From a virus (lineage: Duplodnaviria; Caudoviricetes): DNA of 41,074 nucleotides. The translations under genes were made by a program, and so were the position numbers. A model generated the notes under the pieces. The model made no database searches, was not told the DNA's origin, and saw only the letters and a program-made list of their open reading frames with translations. Of the stretch, positions 27,593-35,010 are shown piece after piece (position 1 is the first letter of the stretch; every line of letters begins with the position of its first letter). The stretch lies in the IMG/VR virus record IMGVR_UViG_3300011113_000340, positions 1-41,074 of that record; one strand, written 5' to 3'.

Positions 27593-27621
27593 TTGACAAA
27601 CGGGGGGTGGGTCCGGACAGT
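27593..27621 (+). promoter_or_regulatory. early promoter TTGACA-N17-GACAGT
   Basis: Consensus -35; conserved TCCG-GACAGT. Confidence 0.7.
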
Positions 27622-27666
27622 ATTGGGGGTCAGGGAAACAGCCAGAAAAAAAAGTATGGCACCTTC

Positions 27667-27695
27667 TTGACAACCGGATACCTACTCCGGACAGT
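27667..27695 (+). promoter_or_regulatory. early promoter TTGACA-N17-GACAGT with upstream A-tract
   Basis: Consensus -35; precedes the first early gene. Confidence 0.7.
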
Positions 27696-27732
27696 ATTAC
27701 CAGACAGCCCGAACAGGGCAGGAGACACAGAC

Positions 27733-28089
27733 ATGAAAGTATCGTACAACATCAAAGCAGACAACACCTCTATCGAGGTTGTGAAGGGCCTGTACCTTGA
27801 CATTTGGGAGGTGAATTTTAAGGAGGTGGATTTTGACATCCACGAACGGGCCTGCCCTCACACGCCCGGCGTGGATATTGGAATTTGCCAACTTGACGAC
27901 GACGGCGGTGGGGTGTTCATCGAGGGCACATTCTACGACGGCGACAACGGTGCCCGCTTTGATTTTTGCCACAGTTGGGCATCATTGACCGATGCGGAGG
28001 TTGAGCGTGACAATCATTTATACGAATTTTTGCAATCCGCGCGCGGGTTGGCATTTATACGGGCCGCCGTCGAGGCAGTCTCAAAGTAA
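27733..28089 (+). CDS. first early gene, acidic hypothetical protein (118 aa)
   Basis: AGGAG SD, ATG at 27733 (MKVSYNI). Confidence 0.75.
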   Translation: MKVSYNIKADNTSIEVVKGLYLDIWEVNFKEVDFDIHERACPHTPGVDIGICQLDDDGGGVFIEGTFYDGDNGARFDFCHSWASLTDAEVERDNHLYEFLQSARGLAFIRAAVEAVSK

Positions 28090-28156
28090 GGCCGAAACCG
28101 TGCGGGGGTCCTGTACCCCGCACGGTCCACGGGTAACGCCCGTGCTGACGATGGCC
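28090..28156 (+). ncRNA. hammerhead ribozyme, type II; predicted cleavage after C28127
   Basis: GGCC-GAA-[ACCGTGCGGGG/CCCCGCACGGT stem III]-C-[CACGGG/CCCGTG stem I]-CTGACGA-T-GGCC: complete catalytic core, GUC triplet, three stems; intergenic. Confidence 0.9.
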
Positions 28157-28213
28157 GCGGCATCCGCCGCACACACCGCAGACATACATGCCCTCACGGG
28201 CAGGAGCAATAAC

Positions 28214-28405
28214 ATGAACACAGAGCAGCAGTCAGGGACATTATGGGGCGTGAACTGGGAACGCCACAGTTACGGGGTATACTGTTATGCCATGGGCGGG
28301 AACTTATACCTACAAAGTCGCAAGTATTTAGGCGACGGTTGCAGTCCGGTACGGGTACGCGAGTGTGTACAACATTTTAGACGGGAGGTGCTAAACAAGT
28401 ACTAA
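28214..28405 (+). CDS. early hypothetical protein (63 aa, MNTEQ)
   Basis: Hairpin + AGGAG leader. Confidence 0.7.
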   Translation: MNTEQQSGTLWGVNWERHSYGVYCYAMGGNLYLQSRKYLGDGCSPVRVRECVQHFRREVLNKY

Positions 28406-28408
28406 TAG

Positions 28409-28462
28409 TGTGACGAAAGTCACAGGTGACCCCCTTGACTGTTGGAGTGCAGTCCGGACAGT
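28409..28462 (+). promoter_or_regulatory. CRP-type box + 10 bp + TTGACT-N16-GACAGT promoter
   Basis: TGTGA-CGAAAG-TCACA is a perfect match. Confidence 0.7.
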
Positions 28463-28585
28463 GAGGGGGGCAGGTACCAAGGGTTAGACCCCGCGCGGAG
28501 CGAGACCGCATGGTACCGCGAACGGGAGCATCCGCCGTCCAACGGGGTGCACATAATGCCCGAAAGGGCAGGAGCAATAACAGCA

Positions 28586-28900
28586 ATGAACACAGACACA
28601 TTGACGGTGTGGGACTACCTAGAACAGCAGCAGGAGAACCCACGCCATCCCGCAAAGGAGGCGCAAGCCCTGTACGAGTGGGGCCTGAACTGTAACCGGA
28701 ACGCTAACCCGTTTTTGGTGTACCTTGACCTCATCGGATGGAGCAGGGAGAACTACGGTGCCGACCTTGTGGTACGGGACCTTGGTTACCTTGGATACTT
28801 GGAACTTGACTACCTTGCGGACGCGTTGCGCGAGTACGCTAACGACCCGCACGGTGTGACCGACTGGGTAAACGACCTCATGCAGTGCGAGGGGGTGTGA
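28586..28900 (+). CDS. early hypothetical protein (104 aa, MNTDT)
   Basis: Hairpin + AGGAG leader. Confidence 0.75.
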   Translation: MNTDTLTVWDYLEQQQENPRHPAKEAQALYEWGLNCNRNANPFLVYLDLIGWSRENYGADLVVRDLGYLGYLELDYLADALREYANDPHGVTDWVNDLMQCEGV

Positions 28901-28902
28901 CT

Positions 28903-29292
28903 ATGACTACCGATACAACAATGGTGTCGTCCGCCACTACGAAAGCGGCGTTCCGCCGAGCCGGTAAACGGTTGGCGGAGGCTGGTATACAAGTGGCCAT
29001 GTCAGAGCCGACTTGTTGTCGGTCGTGCGCAACCTTCTCAACCTTGGACGATAACACTCCCCACCTTGTTGGGTACAGGTTAGATGGCAAGATGAACGAC
29101 CGCAGAATGTTTACGACCGCGTGGTCGCCCGAATGGCCCGAGTACCTTGGGTGGGATAACAAGACCATGCCCGAGGGTGAGTTCTTGGTGGCCGTGTACC
29201 GTGCGCTAACCGCCGAGGGTTTTACGGTCAGGTTGCCAGAGAGTAATAAGCAGTGCATCGTAGTCCGATACACCAAGGAGGTGGCATCATGA
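28903..29292 (+). CDS. early protein with TCCxSC motif (DUF6891-like, tentative)
   Basis: AAFRRAGKRLAEAGI...PTCCRSCA...ALTAEGFTV. Confidence 0.6.
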   Translation: MTTDTTMVSSATTKAAFRRAGKRLAEAGIQVAMSEPTCCRSCATFSTLDDNTPHLVGYRLDGKMNDRRMFTTAWSPEWPEYLGWDNKTMPEGEFLVAVYRALTAEGFTVRLPESNKQCIVVRYTKEVAS

Positions 29293-29531
29293 CTACCGAT
29301 GGCATTGAGTGGGTGCGCACTTGGAACAGCACCAATAACGCGGGTGGCCCGTGGATTGGAAGCGGAGCAACCGCCGACTACCGCATCGACCATGAGGATG
29401 GTTGGGCCACGCTAACCGTGTATTGCAACGGCGACACGGACTACGGCTACCTATCTTACGGCAGTGCCAAGAACGCTAAGGCAGCAGCCAAGCGCATCGA
29501 GCGCAAGCGACAGGAGGTGGCAGTATGCTGA
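29289..29531 (+). CDS. early hypothetical protein (80 aa)
   Basis: GGAGG SD, ATGA coupling. Confidence 0.7.
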   Translation: MTTDGIEWVRTWNSTNNAGGPWIGSGATADYRIDHEDGWATLTVYCNGDTDYGYLSYGSAKNAKAAAKRIERKRQEVAVC

Positions 29532-29716
29532 CCCCTGACCTTGGTCCCCGTGTAGGTACACGGGTGCGCATCGTCGGACGCGGGTACGGTTCCGGCTGGC
29601 TGGCTACGGTGCTGGCAGTCGGGCCGTCCCGCTGGGACGGTGGCCTCATTTGGATGGTGCAGTTTTCGAACGGTCGCAAGATAGGTAAAAGACGGCACCA
29701 GTTGCAGGTGGTGTGA
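29525..29716 (+). CDS. small SH3/KOW-like beta protein (63 aa)
   Basis: VGTRVRIVG...ATVLAV...WMVQFSNG; GGAGG SD. Confidence 0.6.
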   Translation: MLTPDLGPRVGTRVRIVGRGYGSGWLATVLAVGPSRWDGGLIWMVQFSNGRKIGKRRHQLQVV

Positions 29717-29765
29717 CCAATGACACACGCCACCTACTTGCAATACCGTGGCTACGACGGACTAT
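29712..29765 (+). promoter_or_regulatory. CRP-type box + 10 bp + TTGCAA-N16-GACTAT promoter
   Basis: TGTGA-CCAATG-ACACA, CACCTAC linker shared with other copies. Confidence 0.65.
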
Positions 29766-29846
29766 CAGTAGCAACCGCAGCACACGGCGGACCCGTGAGC
29801 ACAGCCCGAGAGGGCACTAACATTCCCGAGAGGGAGGAGTAATAAC

Positions 29847-30188
29847 ATGAACACAGAGACAGCGACCATCGTGGTCGATGGCTTGGGTTGCCAGACTATC
29901 GAAAGTTGGTACGGCAACTTGCACCTAACTATTGACGGCACGCCCGTCATCGTTGGGGTGGAGTATGACAGCAACATCGGGTACCGTGTAGACTTTGCAC
30001 GGTTCATCGATAGTGGTGGGTCGTCGGTGTACGACGGCATGGACCTGACCTTTGAGCGCGACCTTGGATGGCAGGGGATACCGTCGCCCGAACAGCGCAA
30101 GTTGTTGGTGCAGGTGTTTGACCTGACTGGCGACGACTTGGAACGGATGACTGCCGAGGCTGGCCGTCCGGACTTGGAGGTGCAGTGA
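29847..30188 (+). CDS. early hypothetical protein (113 aa, MNTET)
   Basis: Hairpin + GGAGGAG leader. Confidence 0.75.
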   Translation: MNTETATIVVDGLGCQTIESWYGNLHLTIDGTPVIVGVEYDSNIGYRVDFARFIDSGGSSVYDGMDLTFERDLGWQGIPSPEQRKLLVQVFDLTGDDLERMTAEAGRPDLEVQ

Positions 30189-30367
30189 TGACTTACGGCA
30201 ACACAACCCGCACCTACAAGGTGGAGCACAGCCGAGTGGTCGTGGACACCTACCTTGTCGAGGCCGAGAACGAGGAGGACGCGTGGTTCTCTTGGAACGA
30301 AAACCCGCAAGCGTTTACCATCATCGAAACCAACTACACAAACGACATTGTGGAGGTGGTATCATGA
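30185..30367 (+). CDS. early hypothetical protein (~60 aa)
   Basis: Coupled, GGAGG SD; YLVEAENEEDA. Confidence 0.7.
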   Translation: MMTYGNTTRTYKVEHSRVVVDTYLVEAENEEDAWFSWNENPQAFTIIETNYTNDIVEVVS

Positions 30368-30645
30368 GCGTGGAAACTTTGCCAGACATTGCCGTGCTGG
30401 ATAGCGAGACCGAGGTGACACTCACTTGGTCCCGCCGGATACGGTTCGCCTATAAGAAGCGGGCCGTGGTGACGGCTGACCTTGTGTACGGTGGCGAGTG
30501 GGATGGGTATTCGTTGGAGGTGCACGACATTGAGATAGAGAGCGACGACCCGACCGACTACCGAGACCTACCCGAGGAGGTGCAAGAGTGGGCTGACAAC
30601 TTGACAAGCGGCCCGCTGTGGGTGCTTGACAAGATGACGGCTTGA
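30364..30645 (+). CDS. early acidic hypothetical protein (93 aa)
   Basis: ATGA coupling, GGAGG SD. Confidence 0.7.
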   Translation: MSVETLPDIAVLDSETEVTLTWSRRIRFAYKKRAVVTADLVYGGEWDGYSLEVHDIEIESDDPTDYRDLPEEVQEWADNLTSGPLWVLDKMTA

Positions 30646-30775
30646 CCGTGGGACCAGTCCCGCCGGAGACGGTGGGGCTGGTTGCCAAGGGGGCAGTGGT
30701 GGTTCCTGTGTTCGCCGCTACTGTCCCTTTGGGAACCATCAGGGTTCCACTGTCAAAACCAAACAAGGAGCGACT

Positions 30776-31075
30776 ATGACAAACAAACAAGAGAATACCC
30801 ACACCTATCGGGGCAAGGCAGCATTCCACCTGTTCGAGTTGGATGACTTGCAAGCCTCGGCTACGGTACGAGACCTGACGCGCCAAGCCGTCGCATTGCG
30901 AGAGGCCGCAGCCGCAGCAAAGACCCGCAAGGAGCGGGACGAGTTGCGGATGGCAGCGGAAGGGTGCTACCTCGAAGCCCAGCAGGAGATAGTAAAAGAG
31001 CACGGGCATTCAGCCCTTGCTGATGACATTGACGATACGGTATGGAAAGCCATCTCGGCTATCCAGATGCCGTGA
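30776..31075 (+). CDS. helical hypothetical protein (99 aa)
   Basis: AAGGAG SD. Confidence 0.75.
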   Translation: MTNKQENTHTYRGKAAFHLFELDDLQASATVRDLTRQAVALREAAAAAKTRKERDELRMAAEGCYLEAQQEIVKEHGHSALADDIDDTVWKAISAIQMP

Positions 31076-31085
31076 ACTACATCGA

Positions 31086-31120
31086 GACGACCCTCCGCAG
31101 TGCGGGGGGTTGTTCTTGTT
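31086..31120 (+). terminator. probable intrinsic terminator ending the early operon
   Basis: GACGACCCTCCGC...GCGGGGGGTTGTT hairpin then CTTGTT. Confidence 0.6.
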
Positions 31121-31315
31121 ACCCTATTGGTAGTGCGCAAAAATGCACGCCAGTTGCCAGTTTCCGGCACGGGATAAAAGCCAATGCTGGCAAGGGGTTC
31201 CGTTGTGCAAGGTGTTTCCTTTATTGTGGCACTTTTCACACCGACTGTGTTTTCCTAACGGAAACGAGCAAACTGTCCCGAAACTACCCAGATACATCGG
31301 ACTGTCACCGGAGGC

Positions 31316-31373
31316 AGTCCGGTTACCGGACGGCCCCCGAAGGGGGGCCGTACTGGTTACCAGTTACCGGACT
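31316..31373. repeat. GGTTACC-rich element with GGCCCCC-GAAG-GGGGGCC hairpin (copy B)
   Basis: Inverted homolog of 26826-26894. Confidence 0.75.
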
Positions 31374-31385
31374 TGCACTACGGAG

Positions 31386-31439
31386 TGTGTCAAATGTCAC
31401 ACCCCACCTACTTGCGTCCTGTATACCCTTCCGGACTAT
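31386..31439 (+). promoter_or_regulatory. CRP-type box + 10 bp + TTGCGT-N16-GACTAT promoter for the replication operon
   Basis: TGTGT-CAAATG-TCACA, CACCTAC linker; overlapping TATAAT. Confidence 0.65.
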
Positions 31440-31465
31440 AATACACGAGAACTATGGAGGTACTC

Positions 31466-32071
31466 ATGTTAGATAAAATCATGTTAGCGGATGCAAAACG
31501 AGGGTTGATGTATGACCCTGATGCACCCGTGGTGAAAGAACTACGCAGGCTTGGATACATCGACTTGCACGCCGCAGTCGATGAACTGTCGGACATGACG
31601 GTTCGTACTGGCCGTGCCCATTTGCGATACTTGGCGGCGTTGCTGCCGGACTTGGACCGTGCTACCCTAACGCAAGCCATTGCGGGTATTGTCAGCAACA
31701 ACTTCCTGCCCGAGCGGGATGTTCGCCTCATCCTTGATGGGCGGTCGTTGCAAGACCCGACACGGCGCACCAATGAGGTGCCCATCGAGGCTATCCAAAC
31801 GGTCGGTCGTCTTCTGGCGAGCGGTCGTGGGGTGCGTGAGGCTGCCCGTGCTGCCCGTGTTGCGAAGAACACGGTGCTTGCCATCGACAACTTCTTGGGT
31901 TTGACTACGGCGTATGCGGACCGTATGATGGATGCCGCTGTGCTTGCTGTCCGTGAAGGCTGGTCGGTTCGGGAACTGGCGAAGGACACTGGCCTATCCA
32001 AGTCGCAGGCGCACCGTCTTATGGTGAGAGCGCGTGAAGTGTTGGTCGAGATTGGGGAGGTAGTACAATGA
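31466..32071 (+). CDS. double helix-turn-helix DNA-binding protein
   Basis: GVREAARAARVAKNTV and WSVRELAKDTGLSKSQAHRL; GGAGG SD before ATG at 31466. Confidence 0.75.
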   Translation: MLDKIMLADAKRGLMYDPDAPVVKELRRLGYIDLHAAVDELSDMTVRTGRAHLRYLAALLPDLDRATLTQAIAGIVSNNFLPERDVRLILDGRSLQDPTRRTNEVPIEAIQTVGRLLASGRGVREAARAARVAKNTVLAIDNFLGLTTAYADRMMDAAVLAVREGWSVRELAKDTGLSKSQAHRLMVRAREVLVEIGEVVQ

Positions 32072-32247
32072 CCATTGAGAGGACCGAGTTGGCGGTGCGT
32101 GAGTATCGTGCCAAGACTGGTGAGGTGCTGATGAGTTTCGAGTTGCTTGGTGCGGCGATGGCTGATGCTGTTGCCCGCGACGACGAGGACACTGTTGCCA
32201 CTATCAAGAACTTTATGTGGAGCAGGCAGACATGGAGGCAGGGATGA
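32068..32247 (+). CDS. 59-aa hypothetical protein (not in ORF track)
   Basis: MTIERTELAVREYRAKTGEVLMSFELLG...WRQG; ATGA-coupled at both ends, GGAGG SD. Confidence 0.7.
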   Translation: MTIERTELAVREYRAKTGEVLMSFELLGAAMADAVARDDEDTVATIKNFMWSRQTWRQG

Positions 32248-32405
32248 TACTGGCAGCAGTGTTCGGGTTCTTTGTGTACCTTGCGTATGCACAAGCCAAG
32301 AAGTCAAATGGCACGACACAGACAGGTGTTGATGCGTCGGTGAAGGCCGTCGTGTTTGCGGTGTTCGCGTTCGTAGCGTTGATGTATCTGACGGGGGCGG
32401 CGTGA
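32244..32405 (+). CDS. small two-TM membrane protein
   Basis: MILAAVFGFFVYLAY...AVVFAVFAFVALMYL. Confidence 0.65.
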   Translation: MILAAVFGFFVYLAYAQAKKSNGTTQTGVDASVKAVVFAVFAFVALMYLTGAA

Positions 32406-32797
32406 TGGCTAAGAAGCAAACGACGGTGGAATACACCCGCCAGTTGGCGGTCGCTATGGGTCTTGGTGGTTGGCACATTGAGGAGAGTGCCGACCCAGCG
32501 AGCGAGGGTTGCCTTGCCGAGATAGAACCAACCTATGGGCAGCGTCATGCGAAACTGGCGTTGTGTGCTACTTGGGAGGAGTTGCCGAAAGAGGAGCAGC
32601 GGAACACTATCGTGCACGAACTGTTGCATGTTGCGCTTGCACCGTTGAGCCAACTTGCGTTCGACATTGTGGAAGCCCTTGATGAGGGTGCCGCAAAGAC
32701 TGCGCGCGCTTCGCTGAACCTGTCAGAGGAGTACATTGTGGATGCGTTGGCGGAGGCGTGGTCCCCGTACATGCCACTCCCAGGCGGTGGGGTATGA
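32402..32797 (+). CDS. HExxH zinc metallopeptidase-like protein
   Basis: NTIVHELLHV...EEYIVDAL. Confidence 0.7.
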   Translation: MMAKKQTTVEYTRQLAVAMGLGGWHIEESADPASEGCLAEIEPTYGQRHAKLALCATWEELPKEEQRNTIVHELLHVALAPLSQLAFDIVEALDEGAAKTARASLNLSEEYIVDALAEAWSPYMPLPGGGV

Positions 32798-33717
32798 CAG
32801 CGAAACCGGATGAGGCGGTGTCGTCCCGTGCAGGGGCTTGGCACCAGTCCACCCTCAACACCATCCATGACTGCCCGAGGCGTTGGTTCTTGACCTACGA
32901 CCTTGGCTTGCCGGACCCGAGCGGCGATGCCGCCCGTGTCGGTACAGGTATCCATGCTGCGGTGGAGGCGCACGAGAAGGCGCGTATGGCTGGCGATGTG
33001 CTGCCATCTATCGATGACATGGTGGATGTGGCGTGTGCCGAGTTGGAGGAAGGGTTGCACGATGGGGCGTATCACGGGGTGCGGCATTGGTGGAAAACCA
33101 AAATGAAAGACAAAGGCCTGTCGCACAGGGATTTCGTGATGCAGATGGAACCTATCGCTATCGAACCGTACTTCCGTATCCCGCTGGTAGACGGCGCACT
33201 CCCTATCGGAGGTTGGATGGATGCCGTGTATCGAGATGAGGGCGGAGTGTATCGTTTGGTGGACCTCAAAACTTCTGGTTCGATGAGCCGATGGAAAGAT
33301 GACGGTGAAGGTAAGCGTCCGCAGGCAACGATGTATGCTGTGGCGTTGCAACTGTCTGACATTCTACCTGAACGCATCGAGTACCTGCCGGAGATGACTT
33401 ACACGGTGGTGAAACCTGGGACTGGTGGCGAATGCGCGAAGCGTGTCATTGTGCAACCAGACTTGGTGGATGTTGGTGTGCTTGGCCAGCGTATCCGTGA
33501 TGCCGAAGCGATTGTGAAAGCGGATGTGTTCCCTCGGAACCCATCGTCAATGTTGTGCAGCCAGCAATGGTGCCCGCACTATGAGAAGTGTATGGTGACT
33601 GGTGAATACGCTGGACTTCCAGCCACCATACGCAAACGGACTGTCCCAGTACAGCCCGTATCCAACGGACAGTCCAGTACAGTTGCAAAACCCGAGACCA
33701 TGGAGGTATCATTATGA
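32794..33717 (+). CDS. PD-(D/E)xK exonuclease, Cas4/RecB-like, with Fe-S cysteines
   Basis: DCPRRW, GTGIHAAVE, GWMDAV, LVDLKTS, QATMYA, LCSQQWCPHYEKC. Confidence 0.88.
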   Translation: MTAKPDEAVSSRAGAWHQSTLNTIHDCPRRWFLTYDLGLPDPSGDAARVGTGIHAAVEAHEKARMAGDVLPSIDDMVDVACAELEEGLHDGAYHGVRHWWKTKMKDKGLSHRDFVMQMEPIAIEPYFRIPLVDGALPIGGWMDAVYRDEGGVYRLVDLKTSGSMSRWKDDGEGKRPQATMYAVALQLSDILPERIEYLPEMTYTVVKPGTGGECAKRVIVQPDLVDVGVLGQRIRDAEAIVKADVFPRNPSSMLCSQQWCPHYEKCMVTGEYAGLPATIRKRTVPVQPVSNGQSSTVAKPETMEVSL

Positions 33718-34538
33718 GCAACATTAAGAAGAAGCCCGCCAACAACACGGCGGCAACTGACTACACCATCGAAGAAGATGTTGTCGTCATCCCTAACCCT
33801 GCGGGCGGTGTCTCGCAGGTGTCTGTGTCCATCACTCTGAGCACGAAGGCACTTGGTGCCGATGCGTTCATCAAGTTGGAGGAGACCTACGACTTCGGCG
33901 CACCCGTCAATGACGGCGAGGCCGTGGTCCGTCGCTCCCACATGGTGGATGTGCTCCGCGACCAAGTGCTGGACGAAGCGAAGAACATCGTGCACTCTAT
34001 CCGTGAAGAGATTGCCAACACCCCGAAGGGGTCGGTGTCGGTGCACCCTGTCGCAACCACTACGGTTTCTGGAACCCAGAGTGGCAGTGTCGCTCCTGCT
34101 TTCTCTGGCCCTTCGGCTACGGTTGCTGTCGCCAACGGCGCAGCCGCAGCCCCCGCTGGCGGAGCAACTTGGATGAGTGTACCGTCCAAGTTCGGTGATG
34201 GCGAACTTCGTTTCATCACCACTGCCTCGTACCCAACTTCCCAGTTGGAAGCCGAGGTCGGCAAATGGCTCCGTCAGCACGGTCTCAACCCCGACGCATT
34301 CAAGATTTGGGACAACCGCCCAGGCCAGAAAGGCTTGGAGGCTGGTGTGCCGAACGGGTGTGTCGCTGCTGTGAAAATCAGCAAGGATGCGCAAGCGTTC
34401 GTTGCTGGCGACATTGCGAACCAAGCGATTGCCCGTGTCAAGTTCAACGCGAACGGCTCGCTTTACATCTGGCTGACGAAGGAGGCTGATGCCGCCATCA
34501 AGTACGGCGCGCTCAACGGCGTGAAGTTGGAGGCCTAA
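33714..34538 (+). CDS. hypothetical replication/recombination protein (possible ssDNA-binding/annealing)
   Basis: 274 aa, two domains joined by an Ala/Ser/Thr linker, next to the exonuclease; function by synteny only. Confidence 0.5.
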   Translation: MSNIKKKPANNTAATDYTIEEDVVVIPNPAGGVSQVSVSITLSTKALGADAFIKLEETYDFGAPVNDGEAVVRRSHMVDVLRDQVLDEAKNIVHSIREEIANTPKGSVSVHPVATTTVSGTQSGSVAPAFSGPSATVAVANGAAAAPAGGATWMSVPSKFGDGELRFITTASYPTSQLEAEVGKWLRQHGLNPDAFKIWDNRPGQKGLEAGVPNGCVAAVKISKDAQAFVAGDIANQAIARVKFNANGSLYIWLTKEADAAIKYGALNGVKLEA

Positions 34539-34539
34539 A

Positions 34540-35010
34540 GTGGACCTACACCAGATACTGATGGTGCCGGATTTGCCGGACGAAGAGATGCTGCAAGAAG
34601 GTGTGGAGGGTTTGGCATGGGACCATGCCACCCTCTATGCCCAAATGTCAGACATCGAACTTGGTAGTGAAGAGTTTGTGGAGTTGCACAAAGAACTCCT
34701 TGACCGCTACCGAGAGGCTGGCAACCATCTTGGTTTCATCCAGCACACAGCGATGCGCCTGCTGCAGGCGTTGCTGGAAACTAACCGTGTTGCTTTCGTC
34801 GTGAACAAACACGATGATTCGATTGCGGTTTCAAACACGATTACACATTTAGGTCAGGTCATTACGGCTTGCTTGATGTGGGTGCACGCAGCATATCCGA
34901 CCCAGTGGGTTGGCAATGTTGAGTGGGAACATTTGGACGACGACTTCCGTGGCGTAGAGTTCAACATTACCATACCCAACGGAGGGGAGAAGGATGATGA
35001 CAACCGATGA
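34540..35010 (+). CDS. hypothetical protein
   Basis: GTG start with GGAGG SD, 156 aa. Confidence 0.7.
   Translation: MDLHQILMVPDLPDEEMLQEGVEGLAWDHATLYAQMSDIELGSEEFVELHKELLDRYREAGNHLGFIQHTAMRLLQALLETNRVAFVVNKHDDSIAVSNTITHLGQVITACLMWVHAAYPTQWVGNVEWEHLDDDFRGVEFNITIPNGGEKDDDNR

Noticed and set aside
26948-27673. ORF-track calls in the control region
   Set aside because: Low-complexity translations with no SD, overlapping the operator and promoter arrays
28473-28517. tRNA gene
   Set aside because: Only 45 nt with two arms and no anticodon arm; kept only as a structured-leader candidate
32794-33717. Cas4-like nuclease as evidence of CRISPR-Cas
   Set aside because: No array or other cas genes; such nucleases are routine phage recombination enzymes
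31408-34631. Long minus-strand ORFs (356, 268 and 350 aa)
   Set aside because: Antisense to a tightly coupled plus-strand operon with recognisable motifs
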